A DNA stretch of 64,000 nt from Azolla caroliniana (Eukaryota; Plantae; Polypodiophyta). Where the stretch lies: NCBI GenBank assembly GCA_043228905.1, contig JBHGNT010000022.1, positions 7,130,001 to 7,194,000 on the forward strand. The letters run 5' to 3'. The translations under genes and the position numbers were made by a program. Position 1 is the stretch's first letter. Each line of letters begins with the position of its first letter. Below are positions 40,101 through 51,269 of the stretch, in pieces. The notes beneath the pieces are model-generated. The model did not search any database, was not told the DNA's origin, and saw nothing but the letters and a program-made list of their open reading frames with translations.

Positions 40101-42309
40101 CAACTTTCGGCCGGTTTCTCTTTCTACTCTCACATGGAGCTCCTTGAAGAAGGATAACACTTGGTCCTTTGTCTTCAACAGTGAGACCCACAACTTCCGG
40201 CTGTGGTCGTTTATGAACGTCACGAAGTATTGTGATCGAGCATGTGACTTCGTGTCAACTTGACACACATCGATATGTACCAGCTCCAGTGGTGCATTCC
40301 GTCTCATTGGTGGTCTTGACCGGAAGGAGGTGTAGTTTTGCTTGCCGGCCAGGCAGTCGATGCACTTCTCAAGTTGCACATCCTTCACCGGAATGAGGTT
40401 GTCTTCGGCAAGCCTCTTCATCCCCTTCTCACTCATGTGACACAGTCTTTTGTGCCACAACTCACCGGCAGTGTCGGATGCTATGTTCACTTCTTCCCGG
40501 CATATCCAAGCATTAATCAAGTACAATGTGTTAACCTTCTGGCCTCGAGCCACTATTAAGCTCCCTTTGCAGAACTTCATGACACTGTTCCGGATGCTAC
40601 ATGTGTAGCCTTCATCATCTAGCCGACCGGTTGATATCAGGTTCAGTCGAACCTCCGGTACGTGTCGGACATCCTTCAACAGCAGCTTGCATCTGGTTGA
40701 TGTCATCAACAACACATCTCCTATGTTGATAATTCGGCATGTCCCTTCATTCCCCATCCGGACACAGTCGTGCTCACTGGGTGTGTAGGATGAGAAGCCT
40801 TTCCGGTCCAGGGTAAGGTGGAACGACGCTCCGGAATTGACAACCCACGTTGTCTTGTCGACGGCAAGGTTCAACTCACTCTCCTCGGTGATGAGCATTA
40901 GTTCTTCTTCACTTGGCGCGATCGCCGTCGTTCCCTTCTGGTCCGGGCCTCGTCGATCAGAACCGTTTCGGTTTGGTGACTTCTTTGAATTGGTACTGTC
41001 GGTTCCCTTGTCTTTCTGGAAATGCTAACAGTTCTTCTGGAAGTGCCCCGGCTTGCTGCAATAGAAGCAAGTGGGCCTCCCCCTTGATTTTGACCGTGTC
41101 CCCGACTTTTCCCGGTTCTAGGGACTCCGATTCCTTTGTCTTCCGCGTTCCGATTCGATAAGGAGGGCTTTGGCGTTGAAGATCACCTCCTTGTCTTTCC
41201 GACACACCTCCTCATCTAGCAAGCTCGACTTGAGCCTTGCTAGGGATAACTGTTTTCCTTCCGGCCCGGCGTTGCCCAACGTGACAACTAACGTCTCCCA
41301 GCTATCCGGGAGGGAACCGAGCAGGAATAGAGCAAGTACCTCATCGGCGAGAGGTACTTCCAACGAGGTTGCTTGGTGTATCAGCCCCTAGAAGGTATTC
41401 ATGTGCTCAGGCATACTGGAGTCATCTTGGTACCGGAGCCTCACTAGCTTCCGAAATACCGAAACCCGATTAACGACAATCTTGTTCTGGAACATGATGT
41501 CGATCTTCTCCCAGAGTTCATGAGACTTGCTCTCTTCATTGAAGTTGTTGTACAGGCTTATGTCGATGAAGCACCGGATGTATGCCATCGTCTTCATGTG
41601 CATCACCTCCCACACCGTGGCGTTGATCTTATCCGGTCTCTTGTCCCCGAACTGAACTGACAACCAAAGATCTTTAACCACCAGCATGTCCCTCATCTTC
41701 GACTTCCACACTAAGTAGTTGGAGTTGGTGAGCTTGAACATGCTGCCGAAAGATTCTTCTATTTTTTGTGTTGTTCGCTTTGATACTAGATTGATGAGAA
41801 ATACATGGAATATCGCTCGGCCACAACCGAGTAATAAATCACTTCTATAAGAATCAAACCCATAAATGGGAAGTGGAGAGTACACAAGAAAAATGACACA
41901 GGATGTTTACGTGGAAAACCCTAATAGGGAAAAAACCACGGGAGCCCACAGACTCCGAACTATCACTATGAAGAGAATGGGTACAATCAGAGACTCGGAG
42001 GCAACGACCTCGAGCTCTATTTCTTCGCACAATGGCGGTTACAACAAAGTATCGCTCTGTATCTCTCTCTCTCTCTCTCTCCCTCTATCACTCTCCCTAT
42101 ACAACGGTTACAACAACAATAACAACTATACTAAGGTGATTGCCCTAAGTCATATTTATACTTATATGAACTTAGGGCTATTTACAAATATAGCCTCAAT
42201 GGGCTTGCTCAGAAAACATATTTACAGATATGTCTTCTATATCCGGTTCTCACCGGGTCTTCTACATCCGGTTCTCAAGAACCCATCCAGAGGGACCGAA
42301 ATCCCAACA
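37191..42309 (-). mobile_element. Full-length but decayed Ty1/copia element, copia-B, related to copia-A
   Basis: LTRs 37191-37707 and 41792-42309 (~517 bp, roughly 20-25 differences by eye); TSD GACAG at 37186-37190 and 42310-42314; mutated PBS TAGTATCAAAGC; pol broken by stops and a short deletion near 39260. Confidence 0.97.
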
Positions 42310-42675
42310 GACAGTGGGTGTTTGCACAATTTACATAGGTGGACACAAAATCAGAGATGGAGATTGTTTTTCTATTTTTGAGATATTGGGGATTGCGTCA
42401 TAATTGGAATATGCAGAACGCTTTTGTATTCGATGGTAGACATGGACTGAAAGCATATCTACGAAAGTTGAAGGGAGTACTAATGTGGCAATTTTCTTTA
42501 TTGGGGCAAGTGGAAATCCTTTCCTTAGTGGAATGATCGTCTTGCCTATTGGCAATTCAACATGTTCCATTACCCATGTAGTGTAGTGTAGTTAGTGGGT
42601 GACCATACTTCATGGTCACGCCCATTGTAAGTAGTGTTTTTTACACACATTTATTAATATAATTGTGTGTTTTCA

Positions 42676-42678
<3 letters not shown>

Positions 42679-42710
<32 letters not shown>
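42679..42710. repeat. (AG)n microsatellite at the LINE 3' end
   Basis: Direct reading. Confidence 0.9.
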
Positions 42711-42714
<4 letters not shown>

Positions 42715-42735
42715 AGACAGAGATAAGAGACAGTA

Positions 42736-42904
42736 TGTTACATTAACCAAAATACTTCCAATAGTAACTAAGTTACAAGGGGTTGGTTTAAATACCAACT
42801 AAACTAGGGCAAGTGCCCTTTCTATTGTTTACAAAACTAGCCTGGTATGACCATGAACTAGTGTGACACCTATTACTATGGGAAGTTGAGTTCGACTCTC
42901 AACA
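42736..42904. repeat. 169-bp TG..CA-bounded dispersed repeat, copy 1 (LTR-like)
   Basis: tgttacattaacc...actctcaaca; near-identical to 45803-45971. Confidence 0.85.
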
Positions 42905-43751
42905 CGGCCCTTCGAACACAACTTCCATTTGTCGAAAAGTTGTTTCGGTTTGGTCTTCGGAATCCGGCTTCCGGCGTTCGTAATCCTCGAACTGGATTGT
43001 TCGGCTTTTCGGCTTCGTGCTCGGTTCGATTAACTACGTGTTGTGTACTCACGTATCGTTGCATGTTGCGTACTCGATCAATTGCGTATAGTGCGTGTGT
43101 CGCTCGCAGTATTCCCCCTCAAGCTCGACAATGTGGAAGTCGTGAGACCAAGATCCGATGTGAATGGCCCGAGCCTGTCAACTCCTAAGGCCTTCATAAA
43201 AATATTAGCAATCTGGAGGTGCGTACTGATATGTTGCAGATTGATATCTCCGGCCTGTACGCGCCTGCGGATGAAGTGGTAATGCACTTCGATGTGTTTA
43301 GTCCGTGTGTGGAAGACGGGGTTCCGAGCGAGGTAGATGCTGCTCATGTTGTCACAAAAGAGGCAAATTGGATCCATAATGGGAATGCCTAGATCCTCAG
43401 TATGCACTTGAGCCATACAACTTCACATGCGACGACTTCCGCGCCCCTGTATTCGGCTTCCGTGCTCGACAGTAAGATTGTCGACTGCTTCTTACTGCTC
43501 CAGGAGATCGCTCCGTTGCCGAGGGAGAAGACGAATCCGGATGTGGATCATCTATCTGCTTTGTATCCTGCCCAGTCCACGTTTGTGTATCCTTCAAGTC
43601 GAATGGGCGTATTGGACTTATACATAATGTCGTAATCCATCGTAGTACTGACATACCAGAGTATCCTCTTAGGGAAATCGAGATGAAGGTTTCGCGGATT
43701 CTGCATGAATTGGTTAAGTAGGCCGACCGAATAATTGAGATCGGGTCGCAT

Positions 43752-44553
43752 TGTCGTAGTGTAATTCGCACACTATGTGAAAAATTGCATTTTTGGTCTC
43801 TCCGGATAGGACATGGAGTACCCAGTGAGAACTGGATGAAGAAGGCCGGTGAGAGTCTCTCACCAAATGAAGAGACATATTTGTAAATAGAAGAAAGTAT
43901 AAAAATATATATTACATGCATAGGGCAAGATTCAAACCTTGCACCTCCATGTTTATAATGTGAAACCTTACCATTACACTAACATATCATTAGTATTAAA
44001 AAAGTAATACGTCTCACATAGAAAGGTAAGTTCACGCTGGGATTAACTTTAGTTAGAAGAAAACGCATGATAAAAGAAAAAGCTACGCATGCACACATGT
44101 AGCGTGCATGAACACCATAATTGATAAAAACGCATCAAGTTAGAAAAAGTAGGATCACTTTAGAAACAACATGTTAGAGAAAGCATAGAGTCTATCTATA
44201 GAAAAAGCATGGATTGTTAAGACTCTCTCATCACTATATAAGGATGAGGAGCACAATGTAATAGGTGTGTGGAATATTTGGAAATTGGATATATTTCCTA
44301 AAACACCAATTAATAAAATAGAATTGTGAAGATTCACAAGTTTTTAATATCTCTCTTTTAATCCAAATTCATGTTCTTATCTTAATATTGAATAATCTAA
44401 TACAATAGACTAGTGGGATTCACGAGGTTTCTATATATCTTTCTTGAAATCTATTTATATTCTTATTGGCCTTAAAACTCTCCTCCTCCTAGTCCAAAAC
44501 CCCAACGGTTCCCACTCGACTCACGCAACGATCCGGAGCCGAAAGGCACGATA
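43752..44553. mobile_element. Probable solo LTR (802 bp) inserted in the copia RT fragment
   Basis: Termini tgtcgt...acgata (decayed TG..CA inverted ends); flanks gcat/gcgt. The RT reading LIYLIIT|RPD is restored when it is removed. Confidence 0.7.
43921..43985 (-). other. tRNA-like/SINE-head remnant
   Basis: Minus strand reads gttagtgtaatggtaagg...ggaggtgcaaggtttgaatcttgccc, with A-box-like and B-box-like motifs at tRNA spacing. No intact cloverleaf. Confidence 0.5.
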
Positions 44554-44740
44554 GCGTAATGATGAGATAGATTAAGCTGCCGATCAATTGACGATACTGA
44601 GTTGACTCGCACACGGCTGTGCCGGAATCGGCATCCATCTTGAGATTACGATCGAGATGGGTGGACACAGGTTTGCATTTGGTCATTTTGAACTTGTAGA
44701 GCAAGTTGAGAACGTAAAGCCGTTGAGAGATCATTATTTC

Positions 44741-45720
44741 GACTGGTGTTTGAATTACTTCAATGCCTAGGAAGTAATGGAGCTCGTGTAGGTCTTTCAT
44801 TTCCAATCTGCCTATGTACTTTTCCTAGATGAGGCCATGCCTATCTCTGTAGTTATCCTCTCCTGTGAAGGTTTAACAAGCACTATCTTGCTTCTTGCCT
44901 ACATGATAACATTTTCGAAACACTGTATAATGCTCTCATTAGCTGAAGATTAAAGATACACAGTTATCTAGGCTCCATTGCCTCTCTCTCTTCTTGGTCT
45001 TCCTTCAAAACCTATCAAGGGCATGGAGGCCCTGATTGCCCCACCCCCTGTAGAAAATGGTAATGGATACATGCAAATGTTCTGCTCTAATTCAAAAATC
45101 ACACACAATAAATGTTCCACCAGGACTGATTGTAAATCCAAAAATCTCTCTTTCTTCTTTGACATTGAAAACTTTGTTTTAATCAAGATTGATAGCATAT
45201 CACCATGTAACAACTCAATTCAAAATTAAAGACTGGTGTCCGAATTACTTCAATGCCTAGGAAGTAATGGAGCTCGTGTAGGTCTTTCATTTCCAATCTG
45301 CCTATGTACTTTTCCTAGATGAGGCCATGCCTATCTCTGTAGTTATCCTCTCCTGTGAAGGTTTAACAAGCACTATCTTGCTTCTTGCCTACATGATAAC
45401 ATTTTCGAAACACTGTATAATGCTCTCATTAGCTGAAGATTAAAGATACACAGTTATCTAGGCTCCATTGCCTCTCTCTCTTCTTGGTCTTCCTTCAAAA
45501 CCTATCAAGGGCATGGAGGCCCTGATTGCCCCACCCCCTGTAGAAAATGGTAATGGATACATGCAAATGTTCTGCTCTAATTCAAAAATCACACACAATA
45601 AATGTTCCACCAGGACTGATTGTAAATCCAAAAATCTCTCTTTCTTCTTTGACATTGAAAACTTTGTTTTAATCAAGATTGATAGCATATCACCATGTAA
45701 CAACTCAATTCAAAATTAAA
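44741..45720. repeat. 490-bp tandem duplication (44741-45230 / 45231-45720)
   Basis: Identical ORF translations 490 bp apart; GACTG at 44741, 45231 and 45721. Confidence 0.95.
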
Positions 45721-45802
45721 GACTGAAGAGAGAATGCTTTGATGGATAAGCATCCCAGTATATTTATGTTCTCTATCCTACCCCCAAATGTAGACAAGTG
45801 TA

Positions 45803-45971
45803 TGTTACATTAACCAAAATACTTCCAACAGTAACTAAGTTACAAGGGGTTGGTTTAAATACCAACTAAACTAGGGCAAGTGCCCTTTCTATTATTTACA
45901 AAACTAGCATGGTATGACCATGAGCTAGTTTGAAACCTATTACTATGGGAAGTTGAGTTCAACTCTCAACA
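45803..45971. repeat. 169-bp TG..CA-bounded dispersed repeat, copy 2
   Basis: Same length as 42736-42904, with a handful of substitutions. Confidence 0.85.
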
Positions 45972-46405
45972 CTTCTTCAACAACAATTGGCCGCTCTTGA
46001 TGATCTCTTGGCTGTTTGGTTGGCTCCTTATTAGCACATGTTCAGTTTGAGCTTCATTCAACTGGTCATTGGTCAGCTGCGTCCTTTCCCATTCATAAGC
46101 TTCAAGTTCCATCGTGAATTGCAATTGATCATCATTGAATTCCTCTAGCAGCTTCCAGATCTCTTCAGATTGGACATGGGCTAGTGCATAGAATTCTTTA
46201 ATCAGATCTTCGCTAATATTCTTAATGCTCCACTTGTCCATCTTATAAAATCCCTTGCTTGTCTTCGGCTGATTTTTGTAATCGACTCTAAACATATGTA
46301 ATTCAACAACTTGTGCTGACCACTCCCGGAAAATGCTCGCCGAATTGTCTTCCACTCTATTCTGCAATCGAGTTCTATACTGCTTAACAATGGCCTTTGT
46401 TCTTT
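45972..46405 (-). mobile_element. Fragment homologous to the C-terminal domain of the gypsy extra ORF at 55833-58736
   Basis: Ungapped match EWSAQVVEL..KT..FYKMD..SI..FYALA..EI..QL..ELE.YE against EWSQQVAEL..KT..FYKMD..SI..FYTLA..EI..QL..ELE.YE. Confidence 0.85.
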
Positions 46406-47912
46406 TGTTGGGAAAACAGGTCCCTCCGGATGGGAAGAAGAGAACAAACCGAATCAAAGACACATGGGTAACTCGATCAAGGCTGAAACCATCATTTGCC
46501 GAAGAAGAGCTTGAGGTTGTTGCTTCCAAGTCTCCTTGTATTCCTCCCTCATTATAGTGATTCGATGGCATGGTCAAAATTACTGTCTCGAACTATTCAG
46601 TGTGGAAGTCGAAGATGCAGGACATGTTGGTGAGCAAAGACCTGTGGCTGCCGACGCAGTTCGGCAAAAGCAAGCTAGACAACATCGATGCATCGACTTG
46701 GGAAGTCATGCATTTGAAAGCGGTTGCATATATAAGGTGTTTTATAGGCATGAGTCTATACAACAACTTTGATGAAGAGACGAGTGTTGGTGTCCTCCAA
46801 ATCGAGATAAATCGGGGACAAGGTCAAAGTCGAGGGGAAGGCCCACATGCTTCTATTGTGGGAAGTCGGGGCTCTTCCAAAGGAATTGCCGACACTTTCG
46901 AAAGGAGAAAGGGGGAGCTGATGGTGTGGAGCCGAAGAAAATCCCAGACAGAAAGAACACCTCAGCAATCGTCATGAGTGAAGAGGAGTTGTTATTCATT
47001 ATTGAATAGAATGAGGTCAATCTTGCCGGGGAAGAATTGAGATGGGTGGTCGATTCCGATGCGTCGTTTCACCTAACCCCCGACCAAAAGTGCTTCTCAT
47101 CATACAAGGCCGGAGACCACGGTCTTATAAAAATGGAAAATGAAGGAGCATGCCGTATTGTCGGCATCGGAGATGGGCATCGGAGATGTGTGTCTAGTAA
47201 CATCGACTGGCTGTCGACTAGTGTCGAAAGATGTTCGACATGTTCCACAAGTAAGATTGAATCTGATATCAGCCAGTCGGCTGGATGATGAAGGCTACAT
47301 GGGTAGCATTCAGAACAACGTCATGAAGTTCTGCAAGGGGAGCCAGATCGTGGCTCGAGCCTAAAAGACCAACACACAGTATATAATGAATGCTTGATTA
47401 TGCCGAGGGGAAGTAAATGTGGTAGCCAACAAAGCCAGTGAGCTATAGCACAAGAGGCTATACCACATGAACTACAAGGGAATGCAAATACTAGCTAAAA
47501 AAGAACTCCTATTGGAGGTGAAGCAAGTGCATCTAGATAAGTGTGTCGATTGCCTGGCCGGCAAGCAAAACAGAACCTCGTTTCGATCAAGGCCCCCGAT
47601 GAGGAAGAAAATGCCGCTGGAACTCGTACATACCGACGTATGCTACATGGACAAAAAGTGTCATGGTGGTTCACAGTATTTCGTGACCTTCATAGATGAC
47701 TATAGCTGGAAGTTGTGGGCTTCCATGCTGAAGATGAAGGATCAAGTGCTATCCATCTTCAAAGAGTTCCAAGCGAGGGCCGAGAGGGAAAAGTACTCTG
47801 CGTTGATACCACGCATGGCGAAGAGCACCACAAACCGTTCGAGGAATACTATTGAGCACAGGGAATCTGACTTGAGTATACCGTGCCGAAGATGCTAGAG
47901 CTTAACAGGCTA
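46406..47912 (+). mobile_element. Deleted copia copy (copia-C) of the same clan: truncated 5' LTR, B-type gag start, PR and INT; ends at the assembly gap
   Basis: Starts tgttggg..gtccctccggatggg, the reverse complement of the A/B LTR terminus; NYSVWKSKMQDMLVSKDLW; WVVDSDASFH; CVDCLAGKQNR; ELVHTDVC. Confidence 0.88.
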
Positions 47913-48012
47913 NNNNNNNNNNNNNNNNNNNNNNNNNNNNNNNNNNNNNNNNNNNNNNNNNNNNNNNNNNNNNNNNNNNNNNNNNNNNNNNNNNNNNNNN
48001 NNNNNNNNNNNN
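47913..48012. other. Assembly gap (100 N)
   Basis: Run of N. Confidence 1.
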
Positions 48013-51000
48013 AGGTTAGTCTTGAACTCAGTGGTTTCTGACCAGTCGTCCACGAGAGGGCTGCCTTCTTGTTCGTGCACCTTTTGTGTGTATTCTTTGA
48101 TGCGGAAGGTTTTGTTGTTTTTGCGCATGTAGATTGTATCATTCCCAAAATCCATGACGAGGCGGCTTACACGTAGGAATGGTCTCCCTAGTAAACACTC
48201 GTAAGCCACCTGATTGGATGATCTTGTGACGACAAAGGTGAGATTGAACTCGACCCCGTGGATAGTGAAGTGGTGTGCAGGGATCATGCCTTCTGGCCGT
48301 TGGATAAACCCATCTGCCATTTGGAGTTTGACGTCTGAAGGAAACATTTTTGGGCTCCCCCACTTACACCAACCTTCGTAGCTGACTATGCTTACCCCCG
48401 CTCTAGTGTCGATGATCGCGTCACACGTCATGCCATTGACGCAAACGGGGAGAGTGAAACTAGTGTCGTCGCTCTCGAAGTGAGCTTCACATATATCGAT
48501 CGACGTTCCTTGGGGTTGTTTGGAGACTGTGGTCGTATGAGGGATGAGTGTGTCTATCTTTTCTCCATAACCCGCTAACAGGCCTCCATTGAGGCGCCGA
48601 TGGACGTCGTGCCATGGTTGGATGTCGAGTTGGAGCAGCTCTTCAAGTGTGAACTCTATTTCCTTGGCGAGTATAGGTTGTAGTTGGGGGTTGTCAGTCA
48701 CGAAGGTGCCGGTGTAGTTCTGTACTTCGCGCAATGTGAGTCGTAATTTCAAATTTAATATTTGTTGGAGCAAGACTGTGTTGACTTCTTTGATTGGGGT
48801 AGATTGGGAGATGGGAGTGTCGGTTGGTGTTACGATGAGGGGGGGTGTACCCGTGTGTTGGGGTGCAGGATTTACCCATTCTTCGAGTTGGTCGAAGTTT
48901 AGGCTCGGAAGACTAAGCGATCTTTCACACTGTTCGTGTCGGATGAGTTTGATGTACTCTTCGACCTTTTGTTTTTCAGCTACTGGGTTTGGGTATGCTG
49001 CTAGGTGTGCCGACAGCTCTTGGTTAGGGTTGACGGGTATTGTTTCTACGTCTCCCTCCAGTTCTTGTTCTTGCTTTGAGGCCTGCATGGATGCATTTTT
49101 TTTGGATTTTCGTCTCTTACGCGTAGTCGTGTGGAGGCCTTAGTCGTGACACTTTAAGTTATGAGCTATTCTTTGAGCTCGTGTGATGACGTTGGCGCCA
49201 ACCGTTGATGGTACGATAGATAACAAGTTTGCGTCAATCCTTTTCTTTTTTTCTGGGCAATCGGGTACTAAGTGATCTTTACCACACCCTAGGCATGATG
49301 CTTCTCTTTGGAACCACTCGATAATGTCTTGTGACTATTGAGTGAGACTTTGCATTGGTGGTTGTGGGGTTGTTTCGAGTGAGGGGTGTCGTGGTCGTTG
49401 TGATATCGGGTTGTAGTATTCATGTTTGGTTGGGCACTCGCTAACCATGTGTGGGCCTTGGCAATTGAAACATTTCAATTTTGGCCTCCTTAGACCACTA
49501 TTGTTGCGATATCCCGTCGACGGCCCTTGTTGTTCTCCTCTCAAGATGTAGACCGGTATTTGGTCACCTTCGAAGTCAACAAAGTGGGAAAGCAACTCTT
49601 CTTCAACACCATACCCCTGGTATGCTTCATATTCGGGGGTGCCCCCCCAACCTGAGGTTGGTTATCGGTGGTATATTCTAGTTCAGCGAGGCGAGTGCCG
49701 ATACGTAGTAGTGGGGGTTGTTGGGGAAGTATTGCTGGTAGTTGTGGGCGGCTTAACGGTGGAGGTGAGCATGGGTGCTCTACCATTGGTGTTTGGCTAT
49801 ACCTTCCATTTGGGGCTTGCCAACAGTTCTCTTGAGAATGCATCACGAAAGCTTTGCACAACTTACAATATTGCGGCCGTCATTGGTGGAGGAGGGGGCA
49901 CTCATGCCCCGTGTGATGGCCATGGCATACTGTACACCTTACATTTTCTCTTTGGGCGTATGCTTGGGGTCTTTCTATACGGGGTGGTCTCGGTGGCATC
50001 GGTAGAGTAGGGTCCGAGGGCTTCTCACGGTTGTTCATAGGCGCTTGAGTGGTTATCCATAACCCACTCATTGAATCCTCGAAGGTCATCACTACCGTGC
50101 AAGCTTCAGTGAACGACCGACACATCCTGGCAATCAGGAAGTTTTGCAGCGTCGGATCGAGCAACCCATTGATGAAGCGGCTCATCAATTTGTCATCTGA
50201 CATCTTGTCGCTCGGGCTACAACGATGGTGTAGGCTTTTCGTGCGGCATATGTAGTCCCTAACCGTCTCGTTTACTTCTTGCTTGAGGGCGAAAAGTTGG
50301 TCGATTGGGTTCCATTTATTCCCTCGATGAGTGAAGTTTATCAAGAAATCTTCGATGACGTACCCGAAGTCCGCGGCGATGTCTTCATTCAAGGTTCTAA
50401 ACCAAATTCCGGCTTGGTCATCAAGTGTAAGCCCAAATGCAGTTACTTTGGTGGTCTCTGTGAGGGGTTCATAAGCGCGGCATATCTGTTTGAACCTCTC
50501 GACGTGATCATAGGCGTCACCGAAACCGAGAAAACAGGGTACTAGTTTAGAAATGGAAGCACTCTTCTCGTTGTCGTTTGTAGGGTTTCTCGAATGGTCC
50601 GTAGGTGCTCGCTCTTTTTCCATCAATGCCACGAGGGTTTGGATGGATTGTAACGCTAGTGCGAGTTCGGTGATTGGGGATGTCGAGGCAGTTTGGTCGG
50701 GTGTAGGGGTCGTGTCCATACGTGGTGGTGTCGGGTGTCGTTGCGTGTGGGCTTCGTTTGGACTGTCGCTCGTTGTGGTCAAATGCGGCGTGGGGCTGCG
50801 CTCATGGCCTCGACGGTGTGTATGCGACGACGCTTCTAGGAGGTGAAGTTTTTGTTGCACTCGTGCGAATCTATCTTTCCTTTCTGCCAAAGCGGCTTCG
50901 ATATCTCGGGTGATGCTTTCCGGTTGTCCTCCTTTCGCGAGTTGTACCGCCCATATATTGATTTCTTGTTCTATCACCCGTAACTCCTGTGCGGCATCCC

Positions 51001-51269
51001 GTATGTGTCGCTCTACGTTGAGTGGGTATGCCATTGGGCTCTCCTGTAGTGGGGGCGTGGTGAGAGGTGCTTTAATTCCTAGGCTCAATGGGAGGTTCAT
51101 GTTTGGTAGCGTCCCCGGAGTTAGCCACCCTCCGTGGTACCGAGTCGGGTTAGGTGGGTCAGCATCGTGTGTTTGGTTGGTTTGGGTGGATTCCTCTTGG
51201 TGTGTGGGTCGGGTTTTAAACATCTCTGTCCATGAGGATCCGGCCATGTTTTCTTGTCAAGCTTTTGTA

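Larger units (their letters stand above)
27445..42710 (+). mobile_element. Decayed L1-like LINE (ORF1 tail + ORF2 APE-RT-zf), split into three pieces (27445-31409, 36917-37190, 42310-~42710) by two copia insertions
   Basis: ORF1 knuckle remnant FGCGEWGH (~27450); endonuclease MKVVTWNVRG, MGDFN, SDHFPI; RT LDLKKAYDHVNW, VRQGCPISPLLF, LADD. The zf-RVT reading resumes directly across both insertions (..HKSD|HGW..; ..TPRQ|WVF..). Confidence 0.92.
42905..44806 (-). mobile_element. Copia RT/RNaseH fragment from a different family, with PPT and partial 3' LTR
   Basis: EMKDLHELHYFLGIEV, YRQLIGSLIYL, RPDLNYSV, CDNMSSIYLARNPVFHTRTKHIEVHYHF; PPT ttgagggggaat at ~43111-43122. Confidence 0.88.

Noticed and set aside
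44968-45719. Duplicated 81/83-aa ORFs as a tandem gene pair
   Set aside because: Non-ATG short frames with no domain; their identity is explained by the 490-bp duplication.
45966-46577. 203-aa ORF as a stand-alone gene
   Set aside because: It is chimeric: the first ~57 codons are antisense copia LTR, and only 45972-46405 is the accessory-ORF homologue.
47901-47907. cttaaca before the gap as a second Athila LTR end
   Set aside because: It lies in copia integrase coding sequence (ELN motif), and the upstream sequence does not match the LTR.
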